Shown here: positions 30,444 through 41,304 of the stretch, one piece after another
Numbering within the stretch: the first letter of the stretch is position 1
Layout of the letters: each line of letters starts with the position of its first letter
NCBI GenBank assembly: GCA_050250855.1
Contig: JBFWNW010000001.1
Location: 32,001-96,000, forward strand
Direction of reading: 5' to 3'
DNA: 64,000 nt
Source of the DNA: Candidatus Babeliales bacterium
GTDB lineage: Bacteria; Babelota; Babeliae; Babelales; JACPOV01
Notes under the pieces: model-generated
Seen by the model: only the letters and a program-made list of their open reading frames with translations
The model's database searches: none
Told to the model about the DNA's origin: nothing
Position numbers and translations under genes: made by a program

Positions 30444-31400
30444 ATGTCAAATTTTGCAATTAATATAAAGAATTTATGTAAATCATATGGTAATTTTAAG
30501 GTTTTAAAAGATGTAAATTTGCAGGTAAAGTCTGGGGCTATATTTGCACTACTTGGTCCAAATGGTGCAGGCAAAACAACACTGCTTCATATCATTGCAA
30601 CACTTTTAAAGCCTGATTCTGGGATTATTTTGATTGATGATATCGACCTTATCAAATTTCCTAATAAAGTTAAGCAATTAATCGGTATTGTTGGTCAATA
30701 TGCTTCAATTGATTGCCAACTAACAGGATTAGAAAACCTTAAACTTATTGCCCGCTTGCATCATTTAAGCAAGCAAGAGACGAATGATGTAGTACGTGAG
30801 CTATTAGAGAAGTTTAAGTTAACTGATGTTGCTCATAAATTTGTAAGTAAATATTCAGGTGGTATGCGCAGAAGGCTTGATTTGGCGGCAAGCTTAGTAT
30901 CAAAACCACGAATTCTTTTTCTTGATGAACCAACGACAGGGCTTGATCCCAATAGTCGAGAAATGTTATGGAAAATAATACATAATTTAGCAGAAAATGG
31001 GACCACTATTTTTTTAACTACGCAATATCTAGAAGAAGCCGATCGCCTTGCTGATAAAATTGCTATCATCAATCACGGAGAAATTATAGCGTGTGATACG
31101 GCTGATTATCTTAAAACTCAAATTGGAGAAGAATACTTCAGCATTATTGTTTCAGATAATAAGGATATAGAAGCAATTAAAAATAGTTTTTCAGGAATGA
31201 ATATAACTATTGATAGCAAATCGAGGACTATTAATTTTTCCATATCCAATGATCTTAAAGGTATTTATACGTTGCAAATAATAATCAATAGACTTCTAGA
31301 AAATAAGATATCAATTCAACACTATAATGTGCATAGACCAACTCTCGATGATGTGTTTATGAAACTTACTGATTCAGAAACGAAAGAAAAAAAACAATGA
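30444..31400 (+). CDS. ABC transporter ATPase (DrrA-like)
   Basis: GPNGAGKT, YSGGMRRRLD, DEPTTGLDP, LTTQYLEEAD. Confidence 0.93.
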   Translation: MSNFAINIKNLCKSYGNFKVLKDVNLQVKSGAIFALLGPNGAGKTTLLHIIATLLKPDSGIILIDDIDLIKFPNKVKQLIGIVGQYASIDCQLTGLENLKLIARLHHLSKQETNDVVRELLEKFKLTDVAHKFVSKYSGGMRRRLDLAASLVSKPRILFLDEPTTGLDPNSREMLWKIIHNLAENGTTIFLTTQYLEEADRLADKIAIINHGEIIACDTADYLKTQIGEEYFSIIVSDNKDIEAIKNSFSGMNITIDSKSRTINFSISNDLKGIYTLQIIINRLLENKISIQHYNVHRPTLDDVFMKLTDSETKEKKQ

Positions 31401-32185
31401 TGCATACCATATCATATATCCAAAGACTTACATGGTTTTTAAGTGATACATGGGAACTGGTTAAACGTAATCTATTTCATATATTTCGCGATTTAGATCA
31501 AATATTTGGTTTAATAACACAACCAATAATATATACGTTATTATTTCTTTTTTTATTTGGTGGTGCTATTAATGTCGGCTCTATTGATTATGTTAATTAT
31601 TTAATACCCGGTATGCTTGTTACCAATGTTTTATTTGCTTCAATAGTTACAAGCGTAGGAATTTCAAATGACTTAAAAACAGGTATTATAGATCGATTCC
31701 GTTCGTTGCCCATTAGTCAATGTGCGGTAATAAATAGTTACATAATTGCAAGTGTTCTTCGTGCAGTGATTGTTATTTTAATTGTGTTTATCCTTGGTCT
31801 TATTTTGGGCTTTCGCCCTACTACAGGACCTCAAGATTGGTTTTTTGCTTTTGGTATATTATTACTTATGGCATTTGCGACATCATGCCTTTTAACATTG
31901 ATTGGTTTTATAAGTAAAAGTGTTGAAGCTGCTCAACAATTTGCTGCATTAATAGTTCTACCTTTTGCAATGATTAGTCCTGCACTTGTTCCAATCAATA
32001 CGTTGCCATACTTTTTACGTATATTTGCAGAGCATCAACCTTATACACACACAATTGAGGCAGTACGTTCATTGCTTTTTGGAAACCCACTTTCTAATCA
32101 TCTTCTAATGTCATTAACTTGGTTTTTAACTATTATCATTATAACTTTTACTCTGACTTCCTATTTGTTTTCTAAAAGGTCGTAA
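31397..32185 (+). CDS. ABC-2 permease (DrrB-like)
   Basis: Six TM segments, GIIDRFRSLP. Confidence 0.9.
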   Translation: MMHTISYIQRLTWFLSDTWELVKRNLFHIFRDLDQIFGLITQPIIYTLLFLFLFGGAINVGSIDYVNYLIPGMLVTNVLFASIVTSVGISNDLKTGIIDRFRSLPISQCAVINSYIIASVLRAVIVILIVFILGLILGFRPTTGPQDWFFAFGILLLMAFATSCLLTLIGFISKSVEAAQQFAALIVLPFAMISPALVPINTLPYFLRIFAEHQPYTHTIEAVRSLLFGNPLSNHLLMSLTWFLTIIIITFTLTSYLFSKRS

Positions 32186-32186
32186 A

Positions 32187-34526
32187 ATGTTGATGAAAAT
32201 ATTAAAAAAAGATTTTCTCAAAAACAAAGGTATTACTACTGCTTTAGTTTTTTTCATCTTCATGTCAGCATTACTTATTGCCTGTGGCACAAGCATGCTT
32301 TTTGAACTCCATAATTCTTTGAATTACTTATTTGAAAAATCAAATGTCCCGCATTTTCTGATAAAGCATTCTGGAAAAATAAATCAATCTGAAATCGAAC
32401 TGTGGTCAGCAAATAACCCCTGGATAAAAAATAAACAGATCATTGAAATGGTCGATATTAATAGGTCAGATATTTATCTAAATGACAGTAAATTATCTGA
32501 ATATGACAGCGTAATGAATATTGCTTTTGTTAAACAAAACACTTCAATGGATTTACTGCTCAATCAAAAAGGACAGATCATTGAGCTGTCAAAAGGAGAA
32601 ATTGCTGTTCCTCTTTACTACATGCAATTAAAAAATATGAAGATTGGGGATAAGGTTAGAGTTACTAATAAACACCTTGACATGAGCTTCATTGTTGTTG
32701 ATTTTGTTCGTGATGCTCTTATGAATCCAGCATTGGTACATTCAAAACGGTTTGTAATAAGCAATTCTGACTTTGAAACACTTAAACAGAATGTCAAAGA
32801 ACTTGAGTATTTTATTGAATTTCAACTTACCGACACAAATAAACTGAATGAATTTAGAAATACATATGAAGCATCAGATTTACCCCAAAATGGTCCTATG
32901 CTAGATTTTCATTTACTCAAAATTCTAAATGCAATATCGGATGGCATCATAGCAGCTATGCTATTATTAATAAGTATCTTGCTCACATTGATTGCTATTC
33001 TTTGTATTAGATTTACTATTCTTACAACAGTACAAGAGGATTACAAAGAAATAGGGGTAATGAAGGCAATCGGCATTCTCCAGGGAGATATTAAAAAAAT
33101 ATATATCGCCAAATATTTTTTAATAACTACTGTAGGTATTGTTCTTGGATATTTTGCATCATTATTTTTAAAAAAACTTTTTTTGGCTAATATTCTTTTT
33201 TATTTAGGGAGCGCACCAAAAACTATTTTACTTTCTATAGGCCCGGTTGCTGCTGTAATGGTTCTATTTATAGTAATGATATTTTTTTGTGCATTAGCAC
33301 TCCGAAAAATAAATAAAATATCACCCATAGAAGCTCTACGAAGTGGAATTATTGGTGAGGCAGAAATCTCAAAAAGGAATCTGTTTCTTTATAAAAATAA
33401 GTTGTTACCCGTTAACATTTTTCTTGGCATCCACAATGTATATCAGCAATTAAGAAAATATATAGTATTATTTTTAATTTTTTTCTTTTGCTCATTTATC
33501 ATTATCGTCCCTGTAAATTTCCTTAATACTATTAAATCACCTAATTTCATTACCTACATGGGAATAGGACGCAGCGATATAAGAATAGATTTGCGAAAAT
33601 CACAGAATATTCTTGAAAGATTCAACACTTTGGTAACCTTCTTGAAAAATGATCCTGATGTTGCTCAATTTTCTCCAGAAGTTACAAGTCAATTTAAGAT
33701 GATAAATGACGCCGATATTGTGCAAAATATAAACATCCAAACAGGAGATTTTTCCAAATTTCCCTTGGAATATTTAGAAGGATCTGCTCCAAAACACCCT
33801 TACGAAATTGCACTCTCACTGCTTTATAGTAAAGAACTAAAAAAAAATGTAGGGGATAAGCTCCGATTAATAATTGATAATCAAGAAGAAAATATAATTA
33901 TCAGTGGTATTTATCAAGATATAACCGGAGGAGGTTTGACGGCGAAAGCTCATTTACCTTTTAATTTTGATACCGCACTATGGTACGTAATAAATGTCAA
34001 CTTAAAGCCTAATACTGAGTTTGAAAAAAAAATTGAGGAATACATCAAAATAGCCCATCCAACAAGAGTTAGTGATTTAGAAACATACGTCTCACAGACT
34101 TTAGGAAATACAATCAAACAACTAACACTGCTTACCTTCTTTGCAATTATAATCGCACTTTTTATTGTGCTAGTAATTACCTATCTATTCTTAAAGTTAA
34201 TACTTGCAAATGAATGGTCTCAAATCGCTATTATGAGGGCCATCGGCTTTACGTTAAATGACATTCGATTGCAATATATAACCAGGGTATCTCTCGTACT
34301 TCTTATGGGGGTAACATTGGGAATTTTAATTGCTAACACACTTGGCCAATACCTTGTTGATCTACTATGGTCATTTTTAGGAGCTTCCAATATTAAATTT
34401 GTTACTTTCCCTTTACTAACGTACTTTTTTATTCCTCTCACAGTACTGTCTATAGTAACCATTACAGCATTAACGAGTATGCTTTCTTTGCGTAAAGCTA
34501 CCATAATTAAAATAACGCAAAATTGA
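32187..34526 (+). CDS. FtsX/MacB-type ABC permease
   Basis: Two repeats with EIGVMKAIG / IAIMRAIG. Confidence 0.9.
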   Translation: MLMKILKKDFLKNKGITTALVFFIFMSALLIACGTSMLFELHNSLNYLFEKSNVPHFLIKHSGKINQSEIELWSANNPWIKNKQIIEMVDINRSDIYLNDSKLSEYDSVMNIAFVKQNTSMDLLLNQKGQIIELSKGEIAVPLYYMQLKNMKIGDKVRVTNKHLDMSFIVVDFVRDALMNPALVHSKRFVISNSDFETLKQNVKELEYFIEFQLTDTNKLNEFRNTYEASDLPQNGPMLDFHLLKILNAISDGIIAAMLLLISILLTLIAILCIRFTILTTVQEDYKEIGVMKAIGILQGDIKKIYIAKYFLITTVGIVLGYFASLFLKKLFLANILFYLGSAPKTILLSIGPVAAVMVLFIVMIFFCALALRKINKISPIEALRSGIIGEAEISKRNLFLYKNKLLPVNIFLGIHNVYQQLRKYIVLFLIFFFCSFIIIVPVNFLNTIKSPNFITYMGIGRSDIRIDLRKSQNILERFNTLVTFLKNDPDVAQFSPEVTSQFKMINDADIVQNINIQTGDFSKFPLEYLEGSAPKHPYEIALSLLYSKELKKNVGDKLRLIIDNQEENIIISGIYQDITGGGLTAKAHLPFNFDTALWYVINVNLKPNTEFEKKIEEYIKIAHPTRVSDLETYVSQTLGNTIKQLTLLTFFAIIIALFIVLVITYLFLKLILANEWSQIAIMRAIGFTLNDIRLQYITRVSLVLLMGVTLGILIANTLGQYLVDLLWSFLGASNIKFVTFPLLTYFFIPLTVLSIVTITALTSMLSLRKATIIKITQN

Positions 34527-34536
34527 ATAGGAACTT

Positions 34537-35301
34537 ATGAAAAATATATTAGAAACAAAAAACCTAACAAAAACGTATACGATAAATAAAAAAAACTATG
34601 AAGTCCTTAAAAATATAAATTTACAGATTAAAAAAGGTGAATTTGTATCAGTAATGGGTCGCTCTGGTTCTGGGAAATCTACATTACTTTATACTATCAG
34701 TGGCATGGATAAGAGTTCATCGGGAAGTATTATTTTTGATGGAAAAGAATTATCAGGACTTGCAGAAAAAGAACTTTCCAAAATTCGACTTGATAAAATA
34801 GGATTTATATTTCAGCAGTTTTATCTTTTAAAAAATCTTTCTATTTTTGATAATATCATATTACCAGCTTATTTGGGGAAAAAAGTAAGCCGCTCAGAAA
34901 TTAATAAGCATGCTTTTGCTTTAATGAAGGAAACTGGGGTTGAAGGTCTTGCTGAAAACGATATTACCCAAGCCTCCGGTGGTCAATTACAACGTGTTGG
35001 AATTTGTCGTGCTCTTATCAATAATCCGGAAATTATTTATGGTGATGAGCCTACCGGTGCCTTAAACTCAACAGCTGCTGCAGAAGTAATGGAAATTTTA
35101 GATCAGCTCAATAACTCGGGAAAAACAATTCTATTGGTCACCCACGATCCAAAAATAGCTGCGAAAACGGAAAGAGTTCTTTTTATGCTTGATGGCAGTA
35201 TTGTTGCCGAAAAGAATCTTGGCAAATATATAAAAGAAAAAAACGACCTAAAACAACGAGAAGAAATACTTGCAAACTGGTTAATAGAGCTAGGCTTTTA
35301 G
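34537..35301 (+). CDS. ABC transporter ATPase (LolD/MacB-like)
   Basis: GRSGSGKST, SGGQLQR, DEPTGALN, VTHD. Confidence 0.93.
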   Translation: MKNILETKNLTKTYTINKKNYEVLKNINLQIKKGEFVSVMGRSGSGKSTLLYTISGMDKSSSGSIIFDGKELSGLAEKELSKIRLDKIGFIFQQFYLLKNLSIFDNIILPAYLGKKVSRSEINKHAFALMKETGVEGLAENDITQASGGQLQRVGICRALINNPEIIYGDEPTGALNSTAAAEVMEILDQLNNSGKTILLVTHDPKIAAKTERVLFMLDGSIVAEKNLGKYIKEKNDLKQREEILANWLIELGF

Positions 35302-35385
35302 CACAAAGAAATTAAGAGGTCATGTAATTAGCACAAAGCGTTGAATGTAAAAAGTGACTTCTGATTTAATTCTTAAGGGGGCCTT

Positions 35386-36258
35386 ATGTATAAAACAACG
35401 TTATTAAAAAATTCTAAAATAGTTTACTATGTAATTATTTTAATTATTTTTGTTGTCTATATCACAAGAACTAATAGGCGTTATACTATGTCAAAAAGTG
35501 TATCATTCAAAAATTCAAAAAACTTAACATTAAAAGGAACGCTTTGGCCTGCCTCTTCCGATGCTATGGTAATTATGGCTCACGGCTCTGGCAGTAATAA
35601 ACTTGCAAGAGGATTATTTCCTGAAATTGCACAAGCACTTGCGCACGAGTGTTATAATGTATTATCATTTGATTTTTCAGGGCATGGTGAAAGTGATGAT
35701 GCTGTATTTACTTTACAGCAATCAGTTGATGATGTTGCTTCAGCATTAGCCTATGCAAAAAAACTTGGTTGTAAAAAATTTGCATTGATTGGCCATAGTA
35801 TAGGAGTCTATTCTTGTTTGAAAAATTATAGTTCTGGAGTAAAAACTATTATCGGTATTGGAGGTCTCACTGGCCCTGTACAATGGCAATGGGAAAGTAT
35901 GTGTTCTCCTGAACAGTTAGAAGGCTTGCATAAAACTGGTTATATTGCTGCGGAGGTTAATGATGGACTTCGTGAAGTTCTTACTATAGATGGTAATCTT
36001 TTAAAAGATATTCAAGCAATTAATCAAGAAAAACTTTTTAGGGGCGCTCAATGTCCTGTTCTTCTTATTCATGGTGATGCTGAAAGTGATAGTCAAGAGC
36101 TTGATTTATTAGCAATTTCTCAACAAGGAGTTCCCTTTTTATATGAAGGATCTCAGCTTAAAATAATTCCTGGTGCTAATCATACCTTTGTAGAAGTTTC
36201 TGATCAGGTTATAAAGCTCATAAAAGATTGGTTTAAAGAGAATTTTCCTTTATCTTAA
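35386..36258 (+). CDS. Alpha/beta hydrolase
   Basis: HG, DFSGHGES, GHSIG, IHGD, GANH. Confidence 0.88.
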   Translation: MYKTTLLKNSKIVYYVIILIIFVVYITRTNRRYTMSKSVSFKNSKNLTLKGTLWPASSDAMVIMAHGSGSNKLARGLFPEIAQALAHECYNVLSFDFSGHGESDDAVFTLQQSVDDVASALAYAKKLGCKKFALIGHSIGVYSCLKNYSSGVKTIIGIGGLTGPVQWQWESMCSPEQLEGLHKTGYIAAEVNDGLREVLTIDGNLLKDIQAINQEKLFRGAQCPVLLIHGDAESDSQELDLLAISQQGVPFLYEGSQLKIIPGANHTFVEVSDQVIKLIKDWFKENFPLS

Positions 36259-36291
36259 ATTTAAAGTTTTTTTCAAGAGGTGCGTTAAAAG

Positions 36292-36672
36292 ATGCAATTA
36301 TTTAATCATGTGCAAATAAAAGTTGAAAATTTAAAAAGAAGCCAAGATTTTTATAATGCAATAATGGATATACTAGGCTATTCTGTGGTTCTAGAAATCG
36401 AAAATAATGTTATTGGTTATGGTACAAGCGTACATGACATGTTTGAAATACGCAGAGCTACAAAGGAAGCACCGCTTTCAAAATCAGTTCATGTAGCTTT
36501 TAATGCTTCAACTTTGCAAAAAGTTAATGATTTTTATAAAACAGCTCTTGAAAAAGGTGCAACATGTAATGGTAAACCAGATTATAGACCTGAGTATGAA
36601 GAAGGTTATTACGCTGCTTTTGTAATAGATCCTGATGGACACAATATTGAAGCGGTTTATATGAAAGAATAA
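36292..36672 (+). CDS. VOC/glyoxalase family protein
   Basis: HVQI, HVAF, YYAAFVIDPDGHNIEAV. Confidence 0.92.
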   Translation: MQLFNHVQIKVENLKRSQDFYNAIMDILGYSVVLEIENNVIGYGTSVHDMFEIRRATKEAPLSKSVHVAFNASTLQKVNDFYKTALEKGATCNGKPDYRPEYEEGYYAAFVIDPDGHNIEAVYMKE

Positions 36673-36831
36673 TGATTCTGTTATACTTTCTAAAAAGTTC
36701 CATCCAAGTACATTTTAAACGATAAATTTTAAAATAGAACAAAAAAGCAAGGACTTACGCTGAAGCTTTAGCAGAGATTAGTATCGCACAGTAAATTTAT
36801 ATAAAAATAATAGAATCAAAAAAATACTCCA

Positions 36832-38007
36832 ATGCGTGCATTATATTACCTTATATTAACCTTATCATTTGGAATTCTCATAATGGCACAAGAAAAAATT
36901 CAATTACCACAGCCAACGGGTCCTTACTGTGTTGGTGTAAATACGTATTTTTTAAATGATATGTCTCGTTATTATAATAGTGAAAAAGGTCGTCCTATTT
37001 TGATTCATCTTTATTATCCATCTCTAGGAATACAAAAAGAATATCCACCTTATCTTTCGAGTACTATGCATCTTTATAAAGAAAAACTCGCTCGTATCTA
37101 TAGTACAGAAGATTTAGAGTATTTAGATATGATCTGTGACTGGGCTGTACCTAATATACCGATTGATGTAGAAAATTCTCCGTTTCCCGTTTTATTTTTT
37201 TCCCCAGGTATTTTTATGGCGGCACAGCTATATTCATCTTTGATTGAAGAAATGGCGAGTCATGGGTATATTGTCGTTGCAATTAATCATACAGATGCTT
37301 GTTGGCCTGTGATGTTTCCTGATGGATCTATTCCGGTAATCTTGCCAGAACTCGCGAATATATTTTCTAATAAAGAGAGATCATGTTTGCAAACATTTGA
37401 CATGACTCAAGACGTATGGGTTAAAGATATAGAATTTGTTCTTTCTTGGTTACGCAATCAACCATTAACAAAATTATTTGATTTCTCGCACATGGGTATA
37501 TTTGGGCATTCATTTGGTGGGAGTACGGCAACTGAAGCTGTACGCCAATACAATGATTTTAAAGCGATGGTGAACCTTGATGGCATGCTATTTGGACCAA
37601 ACTGGAATAAATCCTTTGAAGCACCAAGTTTATTTATTATAGCTGAAAAGCTGCCAACGCATGAAGAGATGCTTAATGCAGGACTTACCATAGAGCAATT
37701 TAACAGTTTATTGGAAAGATGCTCAAAAAAAGTTTTTGATCAACTTAAAGATAATTCTTTTTATGTAAAGGTAAAGAATTCTGACCATGCAACTTTTGTT
37801 GATTCAAAGCTTATCAAAAGTCCTCTATTAAAAAGTAGAAAGAACTCTCTAGAAGGGATTAAAATAGCTCGTGCTTTACTCGTAGACTTTTTTAATCATT
37901 ATTTAAAAAACCAAAAATTTATGTTGCTTAATAGTCAATCTCCAGACATTGTTGTCACAAAGAAGCAAAAAAGAGGCGAAAGCTGTCTTATTAATGAGAA
38001 AAAATAA
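36832..38007 (+). CDS. PAF-acetylhydrolase-like alpha/beta hydrolase
   Basis: LPQPTGPY, ASHGYIVV, GHSFGG, NLDG, DHATF. Confidence 0.88.
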   Translation: MRALYYLILTLSFGILIMAQEKIQLPQPTGPYCVGVNTYFLNDMSRYYNSEKGRPILIHLYYPSLGIQKEYPPYLSSTMHLYKEKLARIYSTEDLEYLDMICDWAVPNIPIDVENSPFPVLFFSPGIFMAAQLYSSLIEEMASHGYIVVAINHTDACWPVMFPDGSIPVILPELANIFSNKERSCLQTFDMTQDVWVKDIEFVLSWLRNQPLTKLFDFSHMGIFGHSFGGSTATEAVRQYNDFKAMVNLDGMLFGPNWNKSFEAPSLFIIAEKLPTHEEMLNAGLTIEQFNSLLERCSKKVFDQLKDNSFYVKVKNSDHATFVDSKLIKSPLLKSRKNSLEGIKIARALLVDFFNHYLKNQKFMLLNSQSPDIVVTKKQKRGESCLINEKK

Positions 38008-38058
38008 AGAAGATGTTAGTTCTAAATCCTATACACTTTTACATCAAAGGATAAAACC

Positions 38059-38913
38059 ATGTTAAATTTTTTATTGATGGCAATCTTTATGGTTAACGCT
38101 TTACAGGCAAATTCCAATGAAAAAGCTCTCTATGATACAATTGGTAAAACTTATGATGTGGCAAGGTGCGCTGATCCTGAAATTACGGATTTATTAATTA
38201 AATATCTTGGCGTGTGTGAGAATGGTAAATATTTAGACGTATGTTGCGGTTCAGGCAATTATACTATAGCTATCCATGATCAAGGGGTTAATGTTTCTGG
38301 GGTTGATATTTCTGAAGTTATGCTTGAAAAAGCTCATAGAAAAAATGCTTCAATTCATTGGCTTCAGGGTGATGCTCATGAGCTACCGTTTGAGGATAAC
38401 TCTTTTGATGGTGCTTTGTGTATAAGTGCAATTCATCATTTGGGTGATTTAAATTCTGCTTTTAAAGAAATTTTTAGAATATTAAAACCGGGAAGTAAGT
38501 TAGTGATATTTACTAGTACAAAAGAGCAATGTGAAAAATCATGGCTCACTCACTATTTTCCGTTTATTTGGTATGGACTTGGCAAAGACAAATTAATGGA
38601 TGAGCCATCTCTTACGCAATATCTTTTGGATGCAGGATTTAATTCAGTTGATATTGAAAAATTCTTTGTAACACCAGAAACACAAGATTTATATATTTAT
38701 GCTGGAAAATATAAGCCAGAGATATATCTTAATGACCTTGTTCGTGAAGGAATGAGTCCTTTTAAACTGGGAGAATTTTCTAAAGAGATTGCAAAAGGCT
38801 TAAAAAAGCTAAAGATTGATATACAGTCTGGAAAAGTTAAAAAGATTGTCACTAAATATGAAAAGAATTTAGGTGAAAATGTTTTTGTAATAGCTGAGAA
38901 AAAAAATGTTTAA
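38059..38913 (+). CDS. Class I SAM-dependent methyltransferase with signal peptide
   Basis: LDVCCGSG, GVDIS, LPFEDNSFD, LKPG. Confidence 0.9.
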   Translation: MLNFLLMAIFMVNALQANSNEKALYDTIGKTYDVARCADPEITDLLIKYLGVCENGKYLDVCCGSGNYTIAIHDQGVNVSGVDISEVMLEKAHRKNASIHWLQGDAHELPFEDNSFDGALCISAIHHLGDLNSAFKEIFRILKPGSKLVIFTSTKEQCEKSWLTHYFPFIWYGLGKDKLMDEPSLTQYLLDAGFNSVDIEKFFVTPETQDLYIYAGKYKPEIYLNDLVREGMSPFKLGEFSKEIAKGLKKLKIDIQSGKVKKIVTKYEKNLGENVFVIAEKKNV

Positions 38914-39574
38914 AAAGTCCAAATTAATTATTGTTATATTTTTAGTTTTGAACATGGGTGCAGAAGATTCTCTGCAGATAAGTACCACGGAATTAAAAAT
39001 GCAAGATTCTAAAAAAACGTTATATTACGCCACAGGAAATTCTAGTAAGTTTAAAACTTCTGCTAGCTTTATTCCTCAAAATGCTCAAATAGAGCTAAAG
39101 CAGTTTGCATGTAATTTATTTGAAGAGCAGACTGAGGATCAAGTAGAGATTGCAGTATCTAAGGCAAAACAAGCGTGGGAACTATTGCAAAAACCTTTGC
39201 TAGTAGATGAAGTTGGTGTGTATTTCCATAAATACAATAATTTTCCTGGAGCCTTTACCAAGTTTGTTTATAAAGGTTTAGGATTTGATGGTGTCTATAA
39301 GTTAATGAATGATGGAGATGAACTCAGTATTTTATTGATTATTGTATATATCTATGGCCCAGATCAATACAAAATTTTTACTATACGAAAAACGGGATTT
39401 TTTAAGAAATCTGATAGAGAGTATGATAAAAATGCACCATTTGATTTAGTGTTTGTTCCTCAAGGTTTAGATAAAACGTATATTGAGCTAGAAGAATTTC
39501 CTGAAATTTATAATAAAGTTTACTACAGAGCAGTGGGTATGAGAGAGGTTTTAGAATTTATAAGTTTGGAATAA
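38906..39574 (+). CDS. Ham1/RdgB-like NTP pyrophosphatase (divergent)
   Basis: YATGNSSKF, KAKQA, PLLVDE.G, FPGAFTK, FD.VFVP. Confidence 0.8.
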   Translation: MFKKSKLIIVIFLVLNMGAEDSLQISTTELKMQDSKKTLYYATGNSSKFKTSASFIPQNAQIELKQFACNLFEEQTEDQVEIAVSKAKQAWELLQKPLLVDEVGVYFHKYNNFPGAFTKFVYKGLGFDGVYKLMNDGDELSILLIIVYIYGPDQYKIFTIRKTGFFKKSDREYDKNAPFDLVFVPQGLDKTYIELEEFPEIYNKVYYRAVGMREVLEFISLE

Positions 39575-39681
39575 AATCTTTAGGGTACAGTTTTGTCATA
39601 TGAATAGATTAAAACAGAAATATTTTGAGCTTGCTGCATTTCAATATCATTATTTATTGAAGCATAAAAAATGGCTTAGTA

Positions 39682-40842
39682 ATGATTTATCTATATTTCT
39701 TTTTCATACTTTTACTTGGGAGCTTTATGGAGATATTTCCTAAACCATCAGGGCCATTTTCTGTGGGTACGGTAGTAAAGCATTGTATTGACACCGAAAG
39801 ATCTGAACGTTATTCATCTGAAAAAAATCCACGAGAATTATTAATACAAATTTGGTATCCTGCAAAAACAGTAAATTCTCAACCAAAAACTTTTTATGCA
39901 CAAGATGTAATGTCTGAATGGACTGATGGGCTTGCTCAAAGTGGATTTCCTGTTGAACATATTGAAGAGTTAAAGAATCTTACTACCTACGCTCAAGAAA
40001 ATGTTCCTTTATGTCAATCAAAAAAGCCATATCCATTACTATTATTTTGCCATGGTTATGTTGCTTTAAGATCAGCGTATACAGCCTATTGCCAGGAGCT
40101 TGCAAGTCATGGCTTTATTGTTGTTGGTATTGCCTATACTTATTACACACAAATTACAAAACTTCCTGACGGAAAAACAATCTACGCTTTGCCTGAGCAT
40201 AGTTCACAGATAAAATTAACCAACGAGATAGAAAGCCAAGCGGAACAAACTCTCTGGCTTGAGGATACTGAATTCATTCTTGATACCTTGCAAACTTTAA
40301 ATGAAAATAAAAATCCAGAAAATATTTTTTATCATGCAATAGATTTTAATAACGTTGGAATTTTTGGGCATTCATTTGGAGGATCTACAGCTCTTCAGAT
40401 GTGCCGTCATGATGAACGTATTAAAGCGGCCGTTGATTTGGATGGTGGTCTTTTTGGTGACCATGCAACAGAACCAATTGGAAAACCAATAATGATTATT
40501 GTGGGACAAAATTCCTTTGAAAGTTATCAGCAGCATGATGATGCTGAGATTGCTCAAGAAACAGGGTTTTCAAAAGAGATTATTGCAACCTTACGTAAAA
40601 AATATTTTGAATATATTCCTCGATTAGTAAAGGCATCACCAAATGCTTCTTTTATTATGATTAAAGATGCCAAGCATGCAGCATTTTCTGATTGGGCTTT
40701 TTTGAAGCATTTGCCTCTTTATCACGAAAACAAGCAGATTTTTGATCTTGAACAGCAAACGGGAAATATTGATGGTTCAGAAACAACAAGATGCATCAAT
40801 AACCTTTTAGTTAATTTTTTTGATCAATATCTAAAAAGCTAA
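39682..40842 (+). CDS. PAF-acetylhydrolase-like alpha/beta hydrolase (paralog of 36832-38007)
   Basis: PKPSGPF, LASHGFIVV, GHSFGG, DLDG, KHAAF. Confidence 0.88.
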   Translation: MIYLYFFFILLLGSFMEIFPKPSGPFSVGTVVKHCIDTERSERYSSEKNPRELLIQIWYPAKTVNSQPKTFYAQDVMSEWTDGLAQSGFPVEHIEELKNLTTYAQENVPLCQSKKPYPLLLFCHGYVALRSAYTAYCQELASHGFIVVGIAYTYYTQITKLPDGKTIYALPEHSSQIKLTNEIESQAEQTLWLEDTEFILDTLQTLNENKNPENIFYHAIDFNNVGIFGHSFGGSTALQMCRHDERIKAAVDLDGGLFGDHATEPIGKPIMIIVGQNSFESYQQHDDAEIAQETGFSKEIIATLRKKYFEYIPRLVKASPNASFIMIKDAKHAAFSDWAFLKHLPLYHENKQIFDLEQQTGNIDGSETTRCINNLLVNFFDQYLKS

Positions 40843-40909
40843 GACCTCTTTAAAAGTGCAAGAGCTTCAATACATTTATATTGATGCAGCATTAATCTAA
40901 TAGGCTATA

Positions 40910-41303
40910 ATGAAAAATGACATTGAAAATTTAGTATTACATTTTAGAAATCCGATTACGCTACAAAACTTTGTTGCAAGCTTAGAATATTGGCTTCCAG
41001 AGCTAAAAAAATGCAATTCAAGACTATAAACAGGATGATCCTGCATGTGAGTTAAAATTTATATTTATAAGTGAAGTTTTTAATCCTTTTTTGAGAAACT
41101 ATTTTGATAGTTACAAATCAGACGAAAAATTAGGCAAGCGCCTCTTTCACATTCTTGAATTAATGGCCCGCAGTCCCGATACAGAGGTACAGAATATCCT
41201 CATTCTTGGCATTCTCAAGAAACTAAGTCAAAAGCAGCTGGCGAGAGCAAAAAGCTTAATGGGGCCAAGTACAAAAAGAAATTTAGGTTATCAGAATTAC
41301 TAG
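40910..41303 (+). pseudogene. Hypothetical gene split by one extra A in an A7 run
   Basis: Frame from ATG 40910 joins the 41091-41303 frame if one A is removed at 41005-41011. Confidence 0.6.
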
Positions 41304-41304
41304 T

